Positions 1-10,516 of a stretch of 64,000 nt of DNA are shown here, in pieces. Below the pieces are notes generated by a model that made no database searches, was not told where the DNA came from, and saw only the letters and a list, made by a program, of their open reading frames with translations. The position numbers and the translations under genes are program-made. This DNA comes from an uncultured Chloroflexia bacterium (GTDB taxonomy: Bacteria > Chloroflexota > Limnocylindria > Limnocylindrales > CSP1-4), in the NCBI GenBank assembly GCA_963749735.1, contig CAVVNZ010000006.1, positions 21,797 to 85,796 of the forward strand, written 5' to 3'. Numbering within the stretch: the first letter of the stretch is position 1; each line of letters starts with the position of its first letter.

Positions 1-1
1 C

Positions 2-268
2 GACGGACGCCACATCATGCGCAACGCCTGGCTGCCGGTCGTCACGGTCATCGGCCTCCAGGTCGGCGGCCTGCTCGCCGGCGCCGTGATCACCGAGACC
101 GTCTTCGCCTGGAACGGGGTGGGGAAGTGGGTGGTCGAGGCGATCGAGGCCCACGACTACTTCGTGATCCAGTCGTCCATCCTCATCTTCGCCCTGATCT
201 TCCTGTTGGTGAACCTCGTGGTCGACATCCTGTACGCCTTCCTCAACCCGCGGATCCGGTACTCCTGA
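2..268 (+). CDS. oppB: Oligopeptide/dipeptide ABC permease (OppB/DppB-like), 5'-truncated by window edge
   Basis: RHIMRNAWLPVVT...GAVITETVFAWNGVG...D..VIQ...DILYAFLNPRIR is the typical OppB C-terminus; frame is open from position 2. Confidence 0.9.
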   Translation, partial: DGRHIMRNAWLPVVTVIGLQVGGLLAGAVITETVFAWNGVGKWVVEAIEAHDYFVIQSSILIFALIFLLVNLVVDILYAFLNPRIRYS

Positions 269-1170
269 TGGCGACCAAGGCGGCGACGCCGACGACGGTC
301 CGGGTCCCGGTCGAGAGTCGGGCGAGCCGTGGCCTGTGGCGGGATGCCTTCGTCCGCCTCCGACGCAACCGGCCCGCCCTGGTTGGGCTCGCCTGCATCG
401 CGATCTTCGTGTTCGTCGCGTTCTTCGCGCCCTGGCTCGCCCAGTACGACCCGAACAAGGGTGGCCTGGGCAAGACCTTCGAACCGCCCTCGCCAGCGCA
501 TTGGGCCGGGCTGGACAAGCTCGGTCGGGACGAGCTGACACGGGTGATGTACGGGGCCCGGATCAGCCTCCTCGTGGGCGTCGTGTCGGTCACGGTCGGG
601 CTCACGATCGGAGGGCTCGTGGGCGCGATCGCCGGCGGGATCGGTGGCCGGATCGACACGATCCTGATGCGGGTGACCGACGTGTTCCTGGCCATCCCAG
701 GGATCCTGCTCGCCATCGGTATCGTCGCCTGGCTGGGTCAGGGCCTGTTCCAGATCATGATCGCCGTGGCCGTCGCGAATGCCCCGATCTTCGCCCGGAT
801 CCTGCGCGGCAGCCTGTTGTCGCTGAGGGAGGCGGAGTTCGTCACCGCCGGGCGGTCGATCGGCGCGAGCCGGACGCGGCTGCTCCTGCGACACATGCTG
901 CCGAATGCCCTGACCGCGCTCATCGTCGCCGCCACGCTCGCGCTGGCCACGGCGATCATCGACGTCGCCGGTCTTGGCTTCCTGGGGCTCGGTCCGCCCG
1001 ACCCGCGGACGGCCGAGTGGGGGACGATGCTGACCGACTCGACCGAGGCGCTCCGCCGTGCCCCGTGGCTCATCTTCGCTCCGGGCGTCGCGATCGTCAT
1101 CAGCGCCATCGGGTTCAACCTGCTCGGCGACGGTCTGCGCGAGTCGCTCGACCCGAGGATGAAGCGATGA
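268..1170 (+). CDS. oppC: Oligopeptide ABC permease (OppC/DppC-like)
   Basis: ATG overlaps the upstream TGA; HWAGLDKLGRD, GARISL, EAA-like loop, GLGFLGLG..EWG, FNLLGDGLRESLDPR. Confidence 0.93.
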   Translation: MATKAATPTTVRVPVESRASRGLWRDAFVRLRRNRPALVGLACIAIFVFVAFFAPWLAQYDPNKGGLGKTFEPPSPAHWAGLDKLGRDELTRVMYGARISLLVGVVSVTVGLTIGGLVGAIAGGIGGRIDTILMRVTDVFLAIPGILLAIGIVAWLGQGLFQIMIAVAVANAPIFARILRGSLLSLREAEFVTAGRSIGASRTRLLLRHMLPNALTALIVAATLALATAIIDVAGLGFLGLGPPDPRTAEWGTMLTDSTEALRRAPWLIFAPGVAIVISAIGFNLLGDGLRESLDPRMKR

Positions 1171-2471
1171 CCGCGGCGACGCCGCCCCCGGCGCCCGCGC
1201 CGACGGTCTCCGGGAGCGCCCGAGATATCGGCCAGGCGCCGCTCCTGTCGGTCCGCGACCTGGTCGTCCGCTTCCGGACGCAGGACGGGACGATCTACGC
1301 GGTCAACGGGATCGACTTCGACCTTGCCGAGGGCGAGACCCTCGGGATCGTCGGCGAGTCGGGCTGCGGAAAGAGCGTCACGAACCTGGCGATCATGCGG
1401 CTCCTGCCCAAGCCGGCCGGCCGGATCGAACGCGGCCGGATCCTGCTCGATGGACAGGATCTCGTCGCCCTCTCCGAGAGTGAGATCCGGGCGATCCGCG
1501 GGCGAGACGTGGCGATGATCTTCCAGGATCCGATGACCAGCCTCAACCCGGTCCTGACCATCGAGGAGCAGATGGTCGAGACGATCCGCGCTCACCGGAC
1601 GACGACCAAGGAGGCCGCCCGGGCTCGGGCGATCGAGCTCCTCGAGATGGTCGGGATCCCGAAACCGGAGACGCGGCTCGACGCGTTCCCGCACCAGTTC
1701 TCGGGCGGGATGCGGCAGCGGGTGATGATCGCGATGGCGCTCGCGCTCGAACCCCGGCTGCTGATCGCCGACGAGCCGACGACCGCGCTCGACGTGACGA
1801 TCCAGGCGCAGGTCCTCGAGATCCTCGAGCGCTTGTCGAGCGAGACCGGCACGGCCCTGATCTTGGTCACCCACGACCTGGGGGTCGTGGCCGGGATGAC
1901 CAGGCGGATCAACGTGATGTACGCCGGGTTCGTCGTCGAGTCGGCCACCACGCCCGAGCTGTTCGCGGCCCCCTCCCACCCCTACACGATCGGTCTGCTC
2001 CACTCGATCCCGCGCCTCGATTCCGATGGCGACGAGGACCTCATCCCGATCGAGGGCCGGCCGCCGGACCAACGGGTCGAGCCGGTCGGCTGCCCGTTCG
2101 CCCCGCGCTGCGCCTGGCGGATCGACACGTGCTGGTCGGAGAACCCCGGATTGGCCGCGACCGACGGCAGTGCGGCGCTGGTGATGACGGGGCCGGCGGC
2201 GACCCACCGGATCGCCTGCTTCAACCCGCCGACCCACGACGAGGCGCTGGCCGGCCGGCCGCTCCGCGACGGGTTCAAACCGGCGCCGCCCCCCGGCGCC
2301 GTGCCCGGCGAGACCGGCTTCGAGGGCCTCGGCTCCGAGGAGGCGCTCGAGGTGCTCGAGCCGCAGGGCGCGGAGAACAGCCCGCTCCTGCCACGCGATG
2401 AAGCGCTCCTCGACGCCGCTCGCGATCGCGGCGAGTACCCCGGCGACGCCGATCGAGGCGGCCACCCGTGA
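1167..2471 (+). CDS. oppD: Oligopeptide ABC ATPase (OppD/DppD-like)
   Basis: ATGA overlap; [34 protein letters not shown]. Confidence 0.93.
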   Translation: MTAATPPPAPAPTVSGSARDIGQAPLLSVRDLVVRFRTQDGTIYAVNGIDFDLAEGETLGIVGESGCGKSVTNLAIMRLLPKPAGRIERGRILLDGQDLVALSESEIRAIRGRDVAMIFQDPMTSLNPVLTIEEQMVETIRAHRTTTKEAARARAIELLEMVGIPKPETRLDAFPHQFSGGMRQRVMIAMALALEPRLLIADEPTTALDVTIQAQVLEILERLSSETGTALILVTHDLGVVAGMTRRINVMYAGFVVESATTPELFAAPSHPYTIGLLHSIPRLDSDGDEDLIPIEGRPPDQRVEPVGCPFAPRCAWRIDTCWSENPGLAATDGSAALVMTGPAATHRIACFNPPTHDEALAGRPLRDGFKPAPPPGAVPGETGFEGLGSEEALEVLEPQGAENSPLLPRDEALLDAARDRGEYPGDADRGGHP

Positions 2472-3766
2472 GCGGGGTCATGGACACCGGCCCGTCAGCG
2501 ACCGGGGCTCCGCCAGGGCCGCCGATCGCCCCCGGTCCGGCGGCCCAGGCAGCGGCGACGGGCTCGACCCCGACCGCTGCGCCGGGCGCGGCGAACGGGG
2601 CCCTGCTCCGGGTCGACGACCTGCGCGTCTGGTTCCCCATCACGGAGGGGCTCATCTTCGAACGCCACATCGGGGACGTCCGGGCAGTCGACGGGATCGA
2701 CTTCGAGATCCGGCGCGGCGAGACGCTCGGTCTGGTCGGGGAGTCCGGCTGTGGCAAGAGCACGACCGGCCGCGCGATCATCCGGCTGTACAAGCCGACG
2801 ACGGGCTCGATCACCTTCGACGGGACCGATCTGGCCCCGCTCGAGGGGGCGGACCTCCGTCGGATGCGGGCGCGGATGCAGATGATCTTCCAGGACCCGT
2901 ACGCCAGTCTCAATCCGCGGATGAACGTCGCGGGGATCGTCGGCGAGCCGCTCGACATCCACAGCGTCGGCAGCAAGGCCGAGCGGCGCGAGCGGGTCCG
3001 CGACCTGCTGGCCACCGTCGGGCTCAACCCGGACTTCGCCGTCCGCTACCCCCACGAATTCTCGGGCGGTCAGCGCCAGCGGATCGGCGTGGCGCGCGCG
3101 CTTGCCCTCAACCCCGACCTGATCGTCGCCGACGAGCCGATCAGCGCCCTGGACGTGTCGATCCAGGCCCAGATCATCAACCTGCTCCAGCGTCTCCAGG
3201 GCGAGTTCGGGTTGACCTACCTGTTCATCGCCCACGACCTGTCGGTCGTCCGCCATATCAGCGATCGGATCGCGGTGATGTATCTCGGGCGGATCGCCGA
3301 GGTGGCGTCGTCGCGGGACCTGAACCGCGAGCCGCTCCATCCGTATACGGTGGCGCTCCTGTCCGCGATCCCGATCCCGGACCCGGTCATCGAGGCGCGT
3401 CGTCGCCGGATCATCCTCAAGGGCGATGTCCCGTCGCCGGCCGCCCCGCCGCCGGGCTGCCGGTTCCACACCCGGTGCTGGTTGCGCGAGCGACTCGGCG
3501 ATCCCGAGCGCTGCGTCACCGAGGATCCGCCGCTGCGGGTCCTGGCGACCGGTCACGAGGTCGCCTGCCACTTCGCCGAGGAGGTCGCGGGCTCCGCGGA
3601 ACAGGTCCAGGCGGTGGGCCGGGGGGCTCCGACCGCCCGGCCGGCCGGGTCGGTCCCGCTGTCGACCGGTCCGGACGGGGCACCGCGTCCGGATCTCGGC
3701 GCGCTGCCCACGACGCCGCCCGTCCCGCCCAGCGCGCCGCCGTCGGTCCCGTCGTCCGGGGTCTGA
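2468..3766 (+). CDS. oppF: Oligopeptide ABC ATPase (OppF/DppF-like)
   Basis: GTGA overlap; [37 protein letters not shown]. Confidence 0.93.
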   Translation: MSGVMDTGPSATGAPPGPPIAPGPAAQAAATGSTPTAAPGAANGALLRVDDLRVWFPITEGLIFERHIGDVRAVDGIDFEIRRGETLGLVGESGCGKSTTGRAIIRLYKPTTGSITFDGTDLAPLEGADLRRMRARMQMIFQDPYASLNPRMNVAGIVGEPLDIHSVGSKAERRERVRDLLATVGLNPDFAVRYPHEFSGGQRQRIGVARALALNPDLIVADEPISALDVSIQAQIINLLQRLQGEFGLTYLFIAHDLSVVRHISDRIAVMYLGRIAEVASSRDLNREPLHPYTVALLSAIPIPDPVIEARRRRIILKGDVPSPAAPPPGCRFHTRCWLRERLGDPERCVTEDPPLRVLATGHEVACHFAEEVAGSAEQVQAVGRGAPTARPAGSVPLSTGPDGAPRPDLGALPTTPPVPPSAPPSVPSSGV

Positions 3767-3783
3767 CGGACTAGACTCGGCCC

Positions 3784-4758
3784 GTGCAGCCGTTGCGGAT
3801 CGCCCTCGCCCAGATCGCGCCGCGCCTCGGGGCGTTCGACGAGAACCTCGAGCGTCATCGGACCCTGCTGGCCGAGGCTCTCGACGGCGGGGCCGGGCTG
3901 GTCGTCTTTCCGGAGCTCGGGCTGACCGGCTACCTCCTCCAGGATCTCGCCGCCGAGATCGCGATCCGTCTCGACGATCCTCGCCTCGGAGCCCTCGCCG
4001 CCGAGACGCGCGGCCTGTCGGCCGTCGTGTCGTTCGTCGAGGAGTCGGCCGATCACCGGCTGTTCATCGCCGCGGCCCTCCTCGAGGACGGGCAGATCTC
4101 CCACGTCCACCGGAAGCTGTTCCTGCCGACCTACGGGCTGTTCGACGAGCGCCGGTTCTTCGCCGCCGGAGATGTTCTGCGAGCGGTCCCGTCGCGGCTC
4201 GGTCCGGGGATCGGCCTCGCGGTGTGCGAGGACTTCTGGCATCTCTCGGTCGCCCAGGTCCTCGCGCTCGACGGTGCCCAGATCCTGATCAACGTGTCCT
4301 CGTCCCCGGGCCGCGACCTCGCCGCGACGAACGAGGTGGGTCTCGGGACGGCGACGTCGTGGCGGACCCTGATGCGGACCTACGCCCAGCTGACGACGAG
4401 CTTCGTGGTCTTCGTCAACCGCGTCGGCGTCGAAGAGTCGATCAGCTTCTGGGGCGGCTCCGAGGTCATCGGGCCGGACGGTGCCGCGGTCTTCAGCGCC
4501 CCGTTCTACGACGACGGCCTGTACCTGGTCGACATCGACCTCGGCGAGATCCGCCGCTCGAGGATCGGCCTGCCGCTGCTCCGCGACGAGCGTCCCGAGC
4601 TCCAGGTCCGCGAGCTCGACCGGATCGTCGCCGAGCGGGCGGGCCTGGCCGGCGACTCGACCGCCGATCCGGACGCGGAGCCGGGCCTCGACGTCGCGCC
4701 AGATCGCGACGTCGCCCCGTCGATCGCGTCGCCGACGTCGCCGTCGAGTCGCTCGTGA
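3784..4758 (+). CDS. Nitrilase-family (carbon-nitrogen hydrolase) protein, probable glutaminase subunit of NAD synthetase
   Basis: E-K-C triad motifs FPEL, HRKLFLPTYGLFDE, VCED; coupled to the downstream nadE. Confidence 0.88.
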   Translation: MQPLRIALAQIAPRLGAFDENLERHRTLLAEALDGGAGLVVFPELGLTGYLLQDLAAEIAIRLDDPRLGALAAETRGLSAVVSFVEESADHRLFIAAALLEDGQISHVHRKLFLPTYGLFDERRFFAAGDVLRAVPSRLGPGIGLAVCEDFWHLSVAQVLALDGAQILINVSSSPGRDLAATNEVGLGTATSWRTLMRTYAQLTTSFVVFVNRVGVEESISFWGGSEVIGPDGAAVFSAPFYDDGLYLVDIDLGEIRRSRIGLPLLRDERPELQVRELDRIVAERAGLAGDSTADPDAEPGLDVAPDRDVAPSIASPTSPSSRS

Positions 4759-5642
4759 CCGGCGCCGTGTTCGACCTGCCGACCGAGCTCGAGATCGACG
4801 CGGATATCGCCCGGCGCGTCATCGCCGAGTTCATCCGCGGTCAGCTCCGCCAGGCCGGCTTCGAGCGGGCCGTCCTCGGGCTGTCCGGTGGGATCGACTC
4901 GGCGCTCGTGGCCTTCCTCGTGAGCGAGGCGATCGGCGCCGATCGGCTGCTGTGCGTGATGCTGCCGTACCGCACGTCGTCGCCGGCCTCACGGGCCGAC
5001 GCCGAGGAGGTCGTCCGACGGCTCGGCTGCACGTCGGAGCTGGTCGACATCAGCGCGATGGTCGACGGCTACTACGGCCGGGACGACGTTCCCGGCGCGC
5101 TCGGGCCCGAGGGTCTCGACGCCGCCCCGCTGCGCCGTGGCAACTTCATGGCCCGGATGCGGATGGCGGTCCTGTACGACCGATCGGTGACCTGGGGCGG
5201 GCTCGTCGTCGGGACCGGCAACAAGACCGAGGGCCTGATCGGCTACACGACCCTGTTCGGCGACAGTGCCTGTGCGTTCAACCCGATCGGCGACCTGTAC
5301 AAGAGCCAGGTCCGCCAGCTGGCCGCCGCGGTCGGCGTCCCGGACGCGATCATCGCCAAGGCCCCGTCGGCCGACCTGTGGCCCGGTCAGACCGACGAGT
5401 CCGAGGCGGGCTTCAGCTATCCCGAGCTCGATCGACTCCTGTTCTGGCTGATCGACAAGCGGCGCTCCCCGGAGGAGCTGGTGGGCAAGGGGTTCGCCCC
5501 GGGACTCGTCGCCTGGGCGACCAGGGCGGTGGCCGGTGCCGAGTTCAAGCGCCAGATGCCGCCGATCGCGAAGCTCGGCCCGAGGACCGCCGGCGTCGAC
5601 TACCTGTACCCGCGGCGACGGCCGGGTTCGTCGCGCTCGTGA
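4755..5642 (+). CDS. nadE: NAD+ synthetase (synthetase domain)
   Basis: GTGA overlap; GLSGGIDS, GNFMARMRM, GTGNKTE, GYTTLFGD, DLYKSQV, KAPSADLW.GQTDE. Confidence 0.95.
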   Translation: MTGAVFDLPTELEIDADIARRVIAEFIRGQLRQAGFERAVLGLSGGIDSALVAFLVSEAIGADRLLCVMLPYRTSSPASRADAEEVVRRLGCTSELVDISAMVDGYYGRDDVPGALGPEGLDAAPLRRGNFMARMRMAVLYDRSVTWGGLVVGTGNKTEGLIGYTTLFGDSACAFNPIGDLYKSQVRQLAAAVGVPDAIIAKAPSADLWPGQTDESEAGFSYPELDRLLFWLIDKRRSPEELVGKGFAPGLVAWATRAVAGAEFKRQMPPIAKLGPRTAGVDYLYPRRRPGSSRS

Positions 5643-6526
5643 CCGCGCCCGTCGGAGGACGGCTGTACGTCGTCGCGACGCCGATCGGCAACCTCGACGA
5701 CATCACGCTCCGGGCGATCGCGACGCTCAAGGCGGTCCCGCTCATCGCCGCGGAGGACACCCGGATGAGCCGCCGGCTGCTCGTCCGACACGGGATCGAC
5801 ACCCGGATGGTCAGCTTCCATGCCCGGAACGCCGAACGGCGGGTGCCGGAGCTCATCGACCTGCTGCGGACGGGCGCGGACGTCGCCCTGGTGACTGACG
5901 CGGGCACGCCCGGCGTGAGCGATCCCGGCGAGGAGCTCGTCCGAGCGTGGGCGGCCGAGGATGGGGTCGTCGTGCCGATCCCGGGCGCGTCGGCGGTCCT
6001 CGCGGCCATCGTCGCGTCCGGCGTCGGCGGTCCGCGCTGGTCGTTCGAAGGCTTCCTGCCGCGGAGCGGTCGGACACGGCGCGAACGGCTGGCCAGGATC
6101 GCCGCCGACGAGCGGGGATGCGTGGTCTACGAGGCCCCGGGTCGCGTCCCCGCCACGCTCAGTGACCTGGCCGCGGCGTGTGGCCCGGATCGGCCGGCCG
6201 CGGTCTGTCGGGAGCTCACGAAGCTCCACGAGGAAGTCGTCCGCGGGACGCTCGGGGCGCTCGCGGCGAGCGCACACGATGGCCGGTTGACGATCCGGGG
6301 CGAGTTCGCGCTCGTCATCGGGGAGTGGCGGGCGGCGGGCGCGGCCGCGTCGGGGTCCGCGGCGGGCGTCGAAGGGTCCGGCGAGGATCGCGAGGTGGCC
6401 GCCCGAGCGGCGGTCGAACGGCTCGTCTCCGCGGGGGTCGCCCGCGGTGATGCGGCTCGGCGCATCGCGACGGAGACGGGGATCCCGCGACGTCGGCTGT
6501 ACGGCGCCCCGACCACCGAGGACTGA
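5639..6526 (+). CDS. rsmI: 16S rRNA C1402 2'-O-methyltransferase
   Basis: LYVVATPIGNLDDIT, AAEDTR, DAGTPGVSDPG, IPGASA, FEGFLP, RELTKLHEE. Confidence 0.95.
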   Translation: MTAPVGGRLYVVATPIGNLDDITLRAIATLKAVPLIAAEDTRMSRRLLVRHGIDTRMVSFHARNAERRVPELIDLLRTGADVALVTDAGTPGVSDPGEELVRAWAAEDGVVVPIPGASAVLAAIVASGVGGPRWSFEGFLPRSGRTRRERLARIAADERGCVVYEAPGRVPATLSDLAAACGPDRPAAVCRELTKLHEEVVRGTLGALAASAHDGRLTIRGEFALVIGEWRAAGAAASGSAAGVEGSGEDREVAARAAVERLVSAGVARGDAARRIATETGIPRRRLYGAPTTED

Positions 6527-6618
6527 GGCCCGACCCGGCGCTCACCCACCGCACGAGGGCGCGGCCGGCGCCCGAGCGCGGCCAGGGACGCGTGGCTGCC
6601 GATGGCCGCGGCGAACCC

Positions 6619-7494
6619 CTATGAACGGGCGAGGGCCTGCATCGACGTTCGGCTCCAGTCCAGGACGTCGCTCAGCTTCGGACGAACGTAGTACAGCAGT
6701 CCGACCAGCATCGCCGGCGTCTGGAGATACAGCCGCGGAGCCGCGATCGTGACCGCCAGGACCACGGTCCAGCGCCGGTCCGTGAGGCCACCCCAGACCA
6801 CCAGGGCCGCCGCGGCAGCGAGCCGCGCCCAGAGTGGGACGCCATCGCTCGGTGACAACGTCTGGAGGAAGGCGGCCCAATCGAACCACGTCCCCGGGGC
6901 GACGGCGAAGGAGGCGATCGCGATGGCCGCCGTGACCCCGACGGCGATGCCGAGATGGCGCCACTCGCGCCTGACGGCGAACCACAGCAGGCCGACGCCC
7001 GGGGTCACCTTGGTCAGGACCACGAACGACCAGAGGGCCGGCCAGCGAAGCCCCCAGACCGCCACGGCGACGATCAGGAGGTTGATGTTCGCGGCATTGA
7101 TCTCCGAGGCGAGCGGCGACCAGAACACCACCAGCGGCAGGAGCGGACCGGTCAGCGCGAACAGGGCGACGACCTCGAGGCCCCGCAGGAGCGCCACGAA
7201 CTCGTCGAACGTGAGGAGCTGGAACGGGATCATCGCCTGCGCGGCCGCGGGCGAATAGATGAACTGGTAGCCGGTCGTCCAGTACGGTCTGGCCGGGTCG
7301 ATGAAGAAGTAGCAGCGTGCGTCGACCGGGGTCCCGGTCATCGCCGTGAAGGTGGCCCAGACCGTGAGCGCGACGCCGCCGGCCAGGCCGACGAGCGCGA
7401 TGCGGGCGGCCCGGGCCATCGACCCGAGCTCGTCGCCCAGTCCCCTGATCGCGGCGCGGATCGTCGCTGAACGTTCTGCCGGTAGTGTCGCCAT
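6619..7494 (-). CDS. Polytopic membrane glycosyltransferase, GT87/DUF2029-like
   Basis: D..CY, YQFIYSP, NINLL, LTKVTPGVGLLWFAVRREWR motifs; multiple hydrophobic segments. Confidence 0.75.
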   Translation of the reverse strand: MATLPAERSATIRAAIRGLGDELGSMARAARIALVGLAGGVALTVWATFTAMTGTPVDARCYFFIDPARPYWTTGYQFIYSPAAAQAMIPFQLLTFDEFVALLRGLEVVALFALTGPLLPLVVFWSPLASEINAANINLLIVAVAVWGLRWPALWSFVVLTKVTPGVGLLWFAVRREWRHLGIAVGVTAAIAIASFAVAPGTWFDWAAFLQTLSPSDGVPLWARLAAAAALVVWGGLTDRRWTVVLAVTIAAPRLYLQTPAMLVGLLYYVRPKLSDVLDWSRTSMQALARS

Positions 7495-7527
7495 GGCCCC
7501 CCGACCCGACCTTCGGAAGGCGAATCT

Positions 7528-7567
7528 GCCAGAAGTACCGGTCAGGGCATAGGCCGGAAGTACCGGT
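7528..7567. repeat. Two 15-bp direct repeats GCC(A/G)GAAGTACCGGT, 25-bp period
   Basis: 7528-7542 and 7553-7567, upstream of the GT87 start. Confidence 0.6.
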
Positions 7568-7847
7568 TCCGGTGCGACAGCGCACCGACAGAGCGGTCGG
7601 TCGTGGATCGTGGGTCATCCTCGACCCGCCAGTCGAAGACCCACCGTCGGGCCGGACGGGTCGGTCCGCGCGAACGTGCGACGACCCGGGCAGAGCGGAG
7701 GCGTGCTCACCCGCCGTCCGAGTCGACCGTCGCGTCGGGGCCGACCGTCATCACCCGGGGACCCGGGCGAAACCGATGAAGACGCTCTATGCCCTCGACA
7801 ACGCGCCGAACTGGATCGCCGCGTGCCGGGACATCAAGTAGCGCTCG

Positions 7848-8129
7848 CTACGTCCCGCGGTACGCCGAGTACTCCTTGCGACCGGCGAAGAACCCGATGC
7901 CCCAGGTGCCGAGGTCGATGGCCAAGGCGCAGATCAGGAAGATCCAGTTGATCAGGCTCAGGCCGTTCTGCGAGACGAATCCGTAGATGAATGTCGTCCA
8001 CGGCAGGACCAGGAACCCTCCCAGGAGCCAGATCGGGGATCCGAAGACGGCATTCCAATAGGTCGGATCGTTGACCCAGCCGACGAGGAGAGCGAACCGG
8101 GGCAGGAGCGCGCTGAAGATGGCAGTCAT
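7848..8129 (-). CDS. Small membrane protein (hypothetical)
   Basis: GAAGGGA RBS before the ATG; about 3 hydrophobic helices; PR...W, LPWTT motifs. Confidence 0.75.
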   Translation of the reverse strand: MTAIFSALLPRFALLVGWVNDPTYWNAVFGSPIWLLGGFLVLPWTTFIYGFVSQNGLSLINWIFLICALAIDLGTWGIGFFAGRKEYSAYRGT

Positions 8130-8322
8130 GGAGTCCCTTCCCTTCGGCGAGCCGCGCGACGTTGGGCTCTGCGACTTCGCCTTGCCGCCCATCGTAGGCC
8201 GGTGATGTGTTGCTCGCGCTTCGTTCGAGTCGGAAAACGGCGCGCGTACGCACCGGCGACGGGGAGGCGAGTCGGGCGCATGATGGGCACGACGCCTTGT
8301 CGACGACGTACGTGAGGCGGCG

Positions 8323-8862
8323 ATGCGCTGGCTGATCGCCTCGGTGGTGCTGGTCTTCGTGGGGTGCGGCGGAGCGCAGACTCCGGCGACCGCGACGACG
8401 CTCGCCCCGACGGTCCCGAGCGTGGCCGCGAGCGCGACACCGACGCCTTCCCCGGCGTCGGCCGACGATCGTTCCGTCGTCGACGTCTATAGCGCGGCGG
8501 AGACGACGTACCTGACGACCTTCCGCGCCCTCGGCGCGACACGACCTCCAGGCACGAGCAGCGACGCGCGCAAGACCTACTACGCGGCGGCGGCCGGGAT
8601 CGAGGGCACGTACATCACGGCGCTGTCGCAGGTGAAGGCGATCCTGGGGCCGGACCGACGGACCGCTTCCGGCCGACTGGTGGCCGCCGATGTCCAGGCA
8701 CTCATCGACATCCACCAGGGCATCCAGGGTCTGTACGTCGAATGGGCGGACCCGCGACACCAGGCGGACATCCTGGCCGAGGACCACGCCATCGCGGTCG
8801 CGCTCGACACCGAGGGCCAGGCGTCCATGCAGGTCCGGTCCGACCTGGGGCTCCAGCGGTGA
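8323..8862 (+). CDS. Hypothetical lipoprotein
   Basis: GAGG RBS; signal peptide ending FVGC; S/T/P linker followed by a helical domain. Confidence 0.7.
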   Translation: MRWLIASVVLVFVGCGGAQTPATATTLAPTVPSVAASATPTPSPASADDRSVVDVYSAAETTYLTTFRALGATRPPGTSSDARKTYYAAAAGIEGTYITALSQVKAILGPDRRTASGRLVAADVQALIDIHQGIQGLYVEWADPRHQADILAEDHAIAVALDTEGQASMQVRSDLGLQR

Positions 8863-9017
8863 GCGGTGGATGGGCCCGCGACGAGCCTGCCGACGTCGCG
8901 GGTCCACCGTCCGGGTTCGTCGTCGGCAGAGTCACATCCGTGTTCGGCGCGCGTCGTACGGGCTGCGCGATGTGTCGTCGAGCGCACCCGAGCTCGATCC
9001 GTGGAGGCACCGGTCCC

Positions 9018-10412
9018 GTGGACGCGATCCGTCGCTCGTTCGTCGCTCCGATCATCGTCGGGCTGCTTCTGGCGGGCTGCGCCGCGGCGTCCAGCCCTCC
9101 GGCGACCTCCACCCCGAGCGAGACGCCGGTCCCCGTCACCGGATCTCCCGGGCTCCCCGCGGCGTCGCCCGCGATCGCGACGCCGGGCGGCACGGCCTCG
9201 TCCGCGACGCCATCATCCACACCCTTGGCGACCGCGGGTGGTCCAGGATCGTCGGGTGTCGGTGCGGAGGGCTTCGTCACGGCCGCCCCGCCCGACCCCA
9301 CGACGGCGTGGACCGGGATCACCTGGCACCGACTCGCAGCCGACGATGCGGTCGGTCATGTCCGGTCCGTCACCCGCTGGCGAGGCGGCTATCTGGCGAC
9401 CGGCGACCTGGGGGCCGGCGACGGCTCGGCGCACACGAGGGTCTGGTCGTCGACCGACGGCCGAACCTGGGGCGCCCTCGATCCATCGATCCTCGGTTCG
9501 TCGACGATCGTCGTGGGAACGGCCGCGACGCCCGACGGGCTCGCCGCCCTCACGCTCCAGGCCGGAACGGCCATCTGCGACAACGAGCCCGGCGTCGATC
9601 TCGGCCTCCCTGACTGCTGGTCGAAGACCGGGCCGCTCCAGGTCTGGACGTCCTCGGACGCGACCACCTGGACGGCCCGTCCGGGCCCCGACATCACCCT
9701 TCCCGAGATGTCCGGCCAGGGCGAGGATCCGCCGACGCTCATCGGCGCCAACGGCGGTCGACTCCTCGCGGTCACCCTGCAGGGGCAGCCGCTCGCGATC
9801 TCGGACGATGGGATCGCCTGGGCGGCAGTGCCGACCGGCGCGTTCCCGAAGGGCTGGCGTGCGGAGGCCGCAGCGGGTACCGCGTCCGGACTGGTCGCCG
9901 TCGGGAACACGGCCGCGAAGACGGTGGCCATATGGTCGCCCGACGGTCGAGCCTGGACCAGCCACGCGCTCGGGACCACGGCGACGGGCAACAACACCCT
10001 CGTGTCCGGTGCCACCGGGATCATGGCGACCGGACTCGAGTCCCACGACAACGGAGCGGGCACGTGGATCTGGTGGTCGTCCCTCGACGGGCGCTACTGG
10101 CGAACGCTGGCCGGGTATCCACCGCTCGGGGCGATGTCGGGATCTGCCGCTCAGGAGTGCCAGGACAATTGCGCCGACGGTTCACTTGTCGGCAACGGAG
10201 AGCGGATGGTCGCCTACCGCGGTTGGGGCAAGCAGGCCGGCTGGACCTCATTCGATGGACGCGCCTGGACCCGGCTCGCGTTCACGGGTCGCCCGGAGCA
10301 GTCGTCCGGTTGGCTCGACGATCACTGCACTCAGAGCCTGATCGTCCTGGCGATCGGTCTGTCGTGCGTCGACTCCGACGGGACGACCTGGTTCGGCACC
10401 CCTCAGACCTGA
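9018..10412 (+). CDS. Lipoprotein with Asp-box/BNR-like repeats (probable beta-propeller)
   Basis: GGAGG RBS, GTG start, LAGC lipobox; repeats SSTDGRTW, SSDATTW, SDDGIAW, SPDGRAW, SLDGRYW, SFDGRAW. Confidence 0.8.
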   Translation: MDAIRRSFVAPIIVGLLLAGCAAASSPPATSTPSETPVPVTGSPGLPAASPAIATPGGTASSATPSSTPLATAGGPGSSGVGAEGFVTAAPPDPTTAWTGITWHRLAADDAVGHVRSVTRWRGGYLATGDLGAGDGSAHTRVWSSTDGRTWGALDPSILGSSTIVVGTAATPDGLAALTLQAGTAICDNEPGVDLGLPDCWSKTGPLQVWTSSDATTWTARPGPDITLPEMSGQGEDPPTLIGANGGRLLAVTLQGQPLAISDDGIAWAAVPTGAFPKGWRAEAAAGTASGLVAVGNTAAKTVAIWSPDGRAWTSHALGTTATGNNTLVSGATGIMATGLESHDNGAGTWIWWSSLDGRYWRTLAGYPPLGAMSGSAAQECQDNCADGSLVGNGERMVAYRGWGKQAGWTSFDGRAWTRLAFTGRPEQSSGWLDDHCTQSLIVLAIGLSCVDSDGTTWFGTPQT

Positions 10413-10516
10413 TCCGGTCGGCCCACGAGGCCGAGGCCTCCGAGACGGCACCGGTTCACGCGGCGGATCACTCGTCACCTCGTGCATCGGCCACCCGTCC
10501 CGTGGCCGTGAGCGTG

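Noticed and set aside
3426-4754. Long N-terminal extensions of the nadE, rsmI, purD, purL and ligA ORFs in the track
   Set aside because: They overlap upstream genes; the real starts are at the 4-nt stop/start overlaps
7754-7785. Hammerhead-like CGAAAC/GATGA next to a hairpin
   Set aside because: Core reads CCGATGA rather than CTGANGA and the element order does not fit
8135-8195. c-di-GMP riboswitch-like leader before the 8129 gene
   Set aside because: Lacks the GGCAAAC/GACGCAAAG-type conserved core
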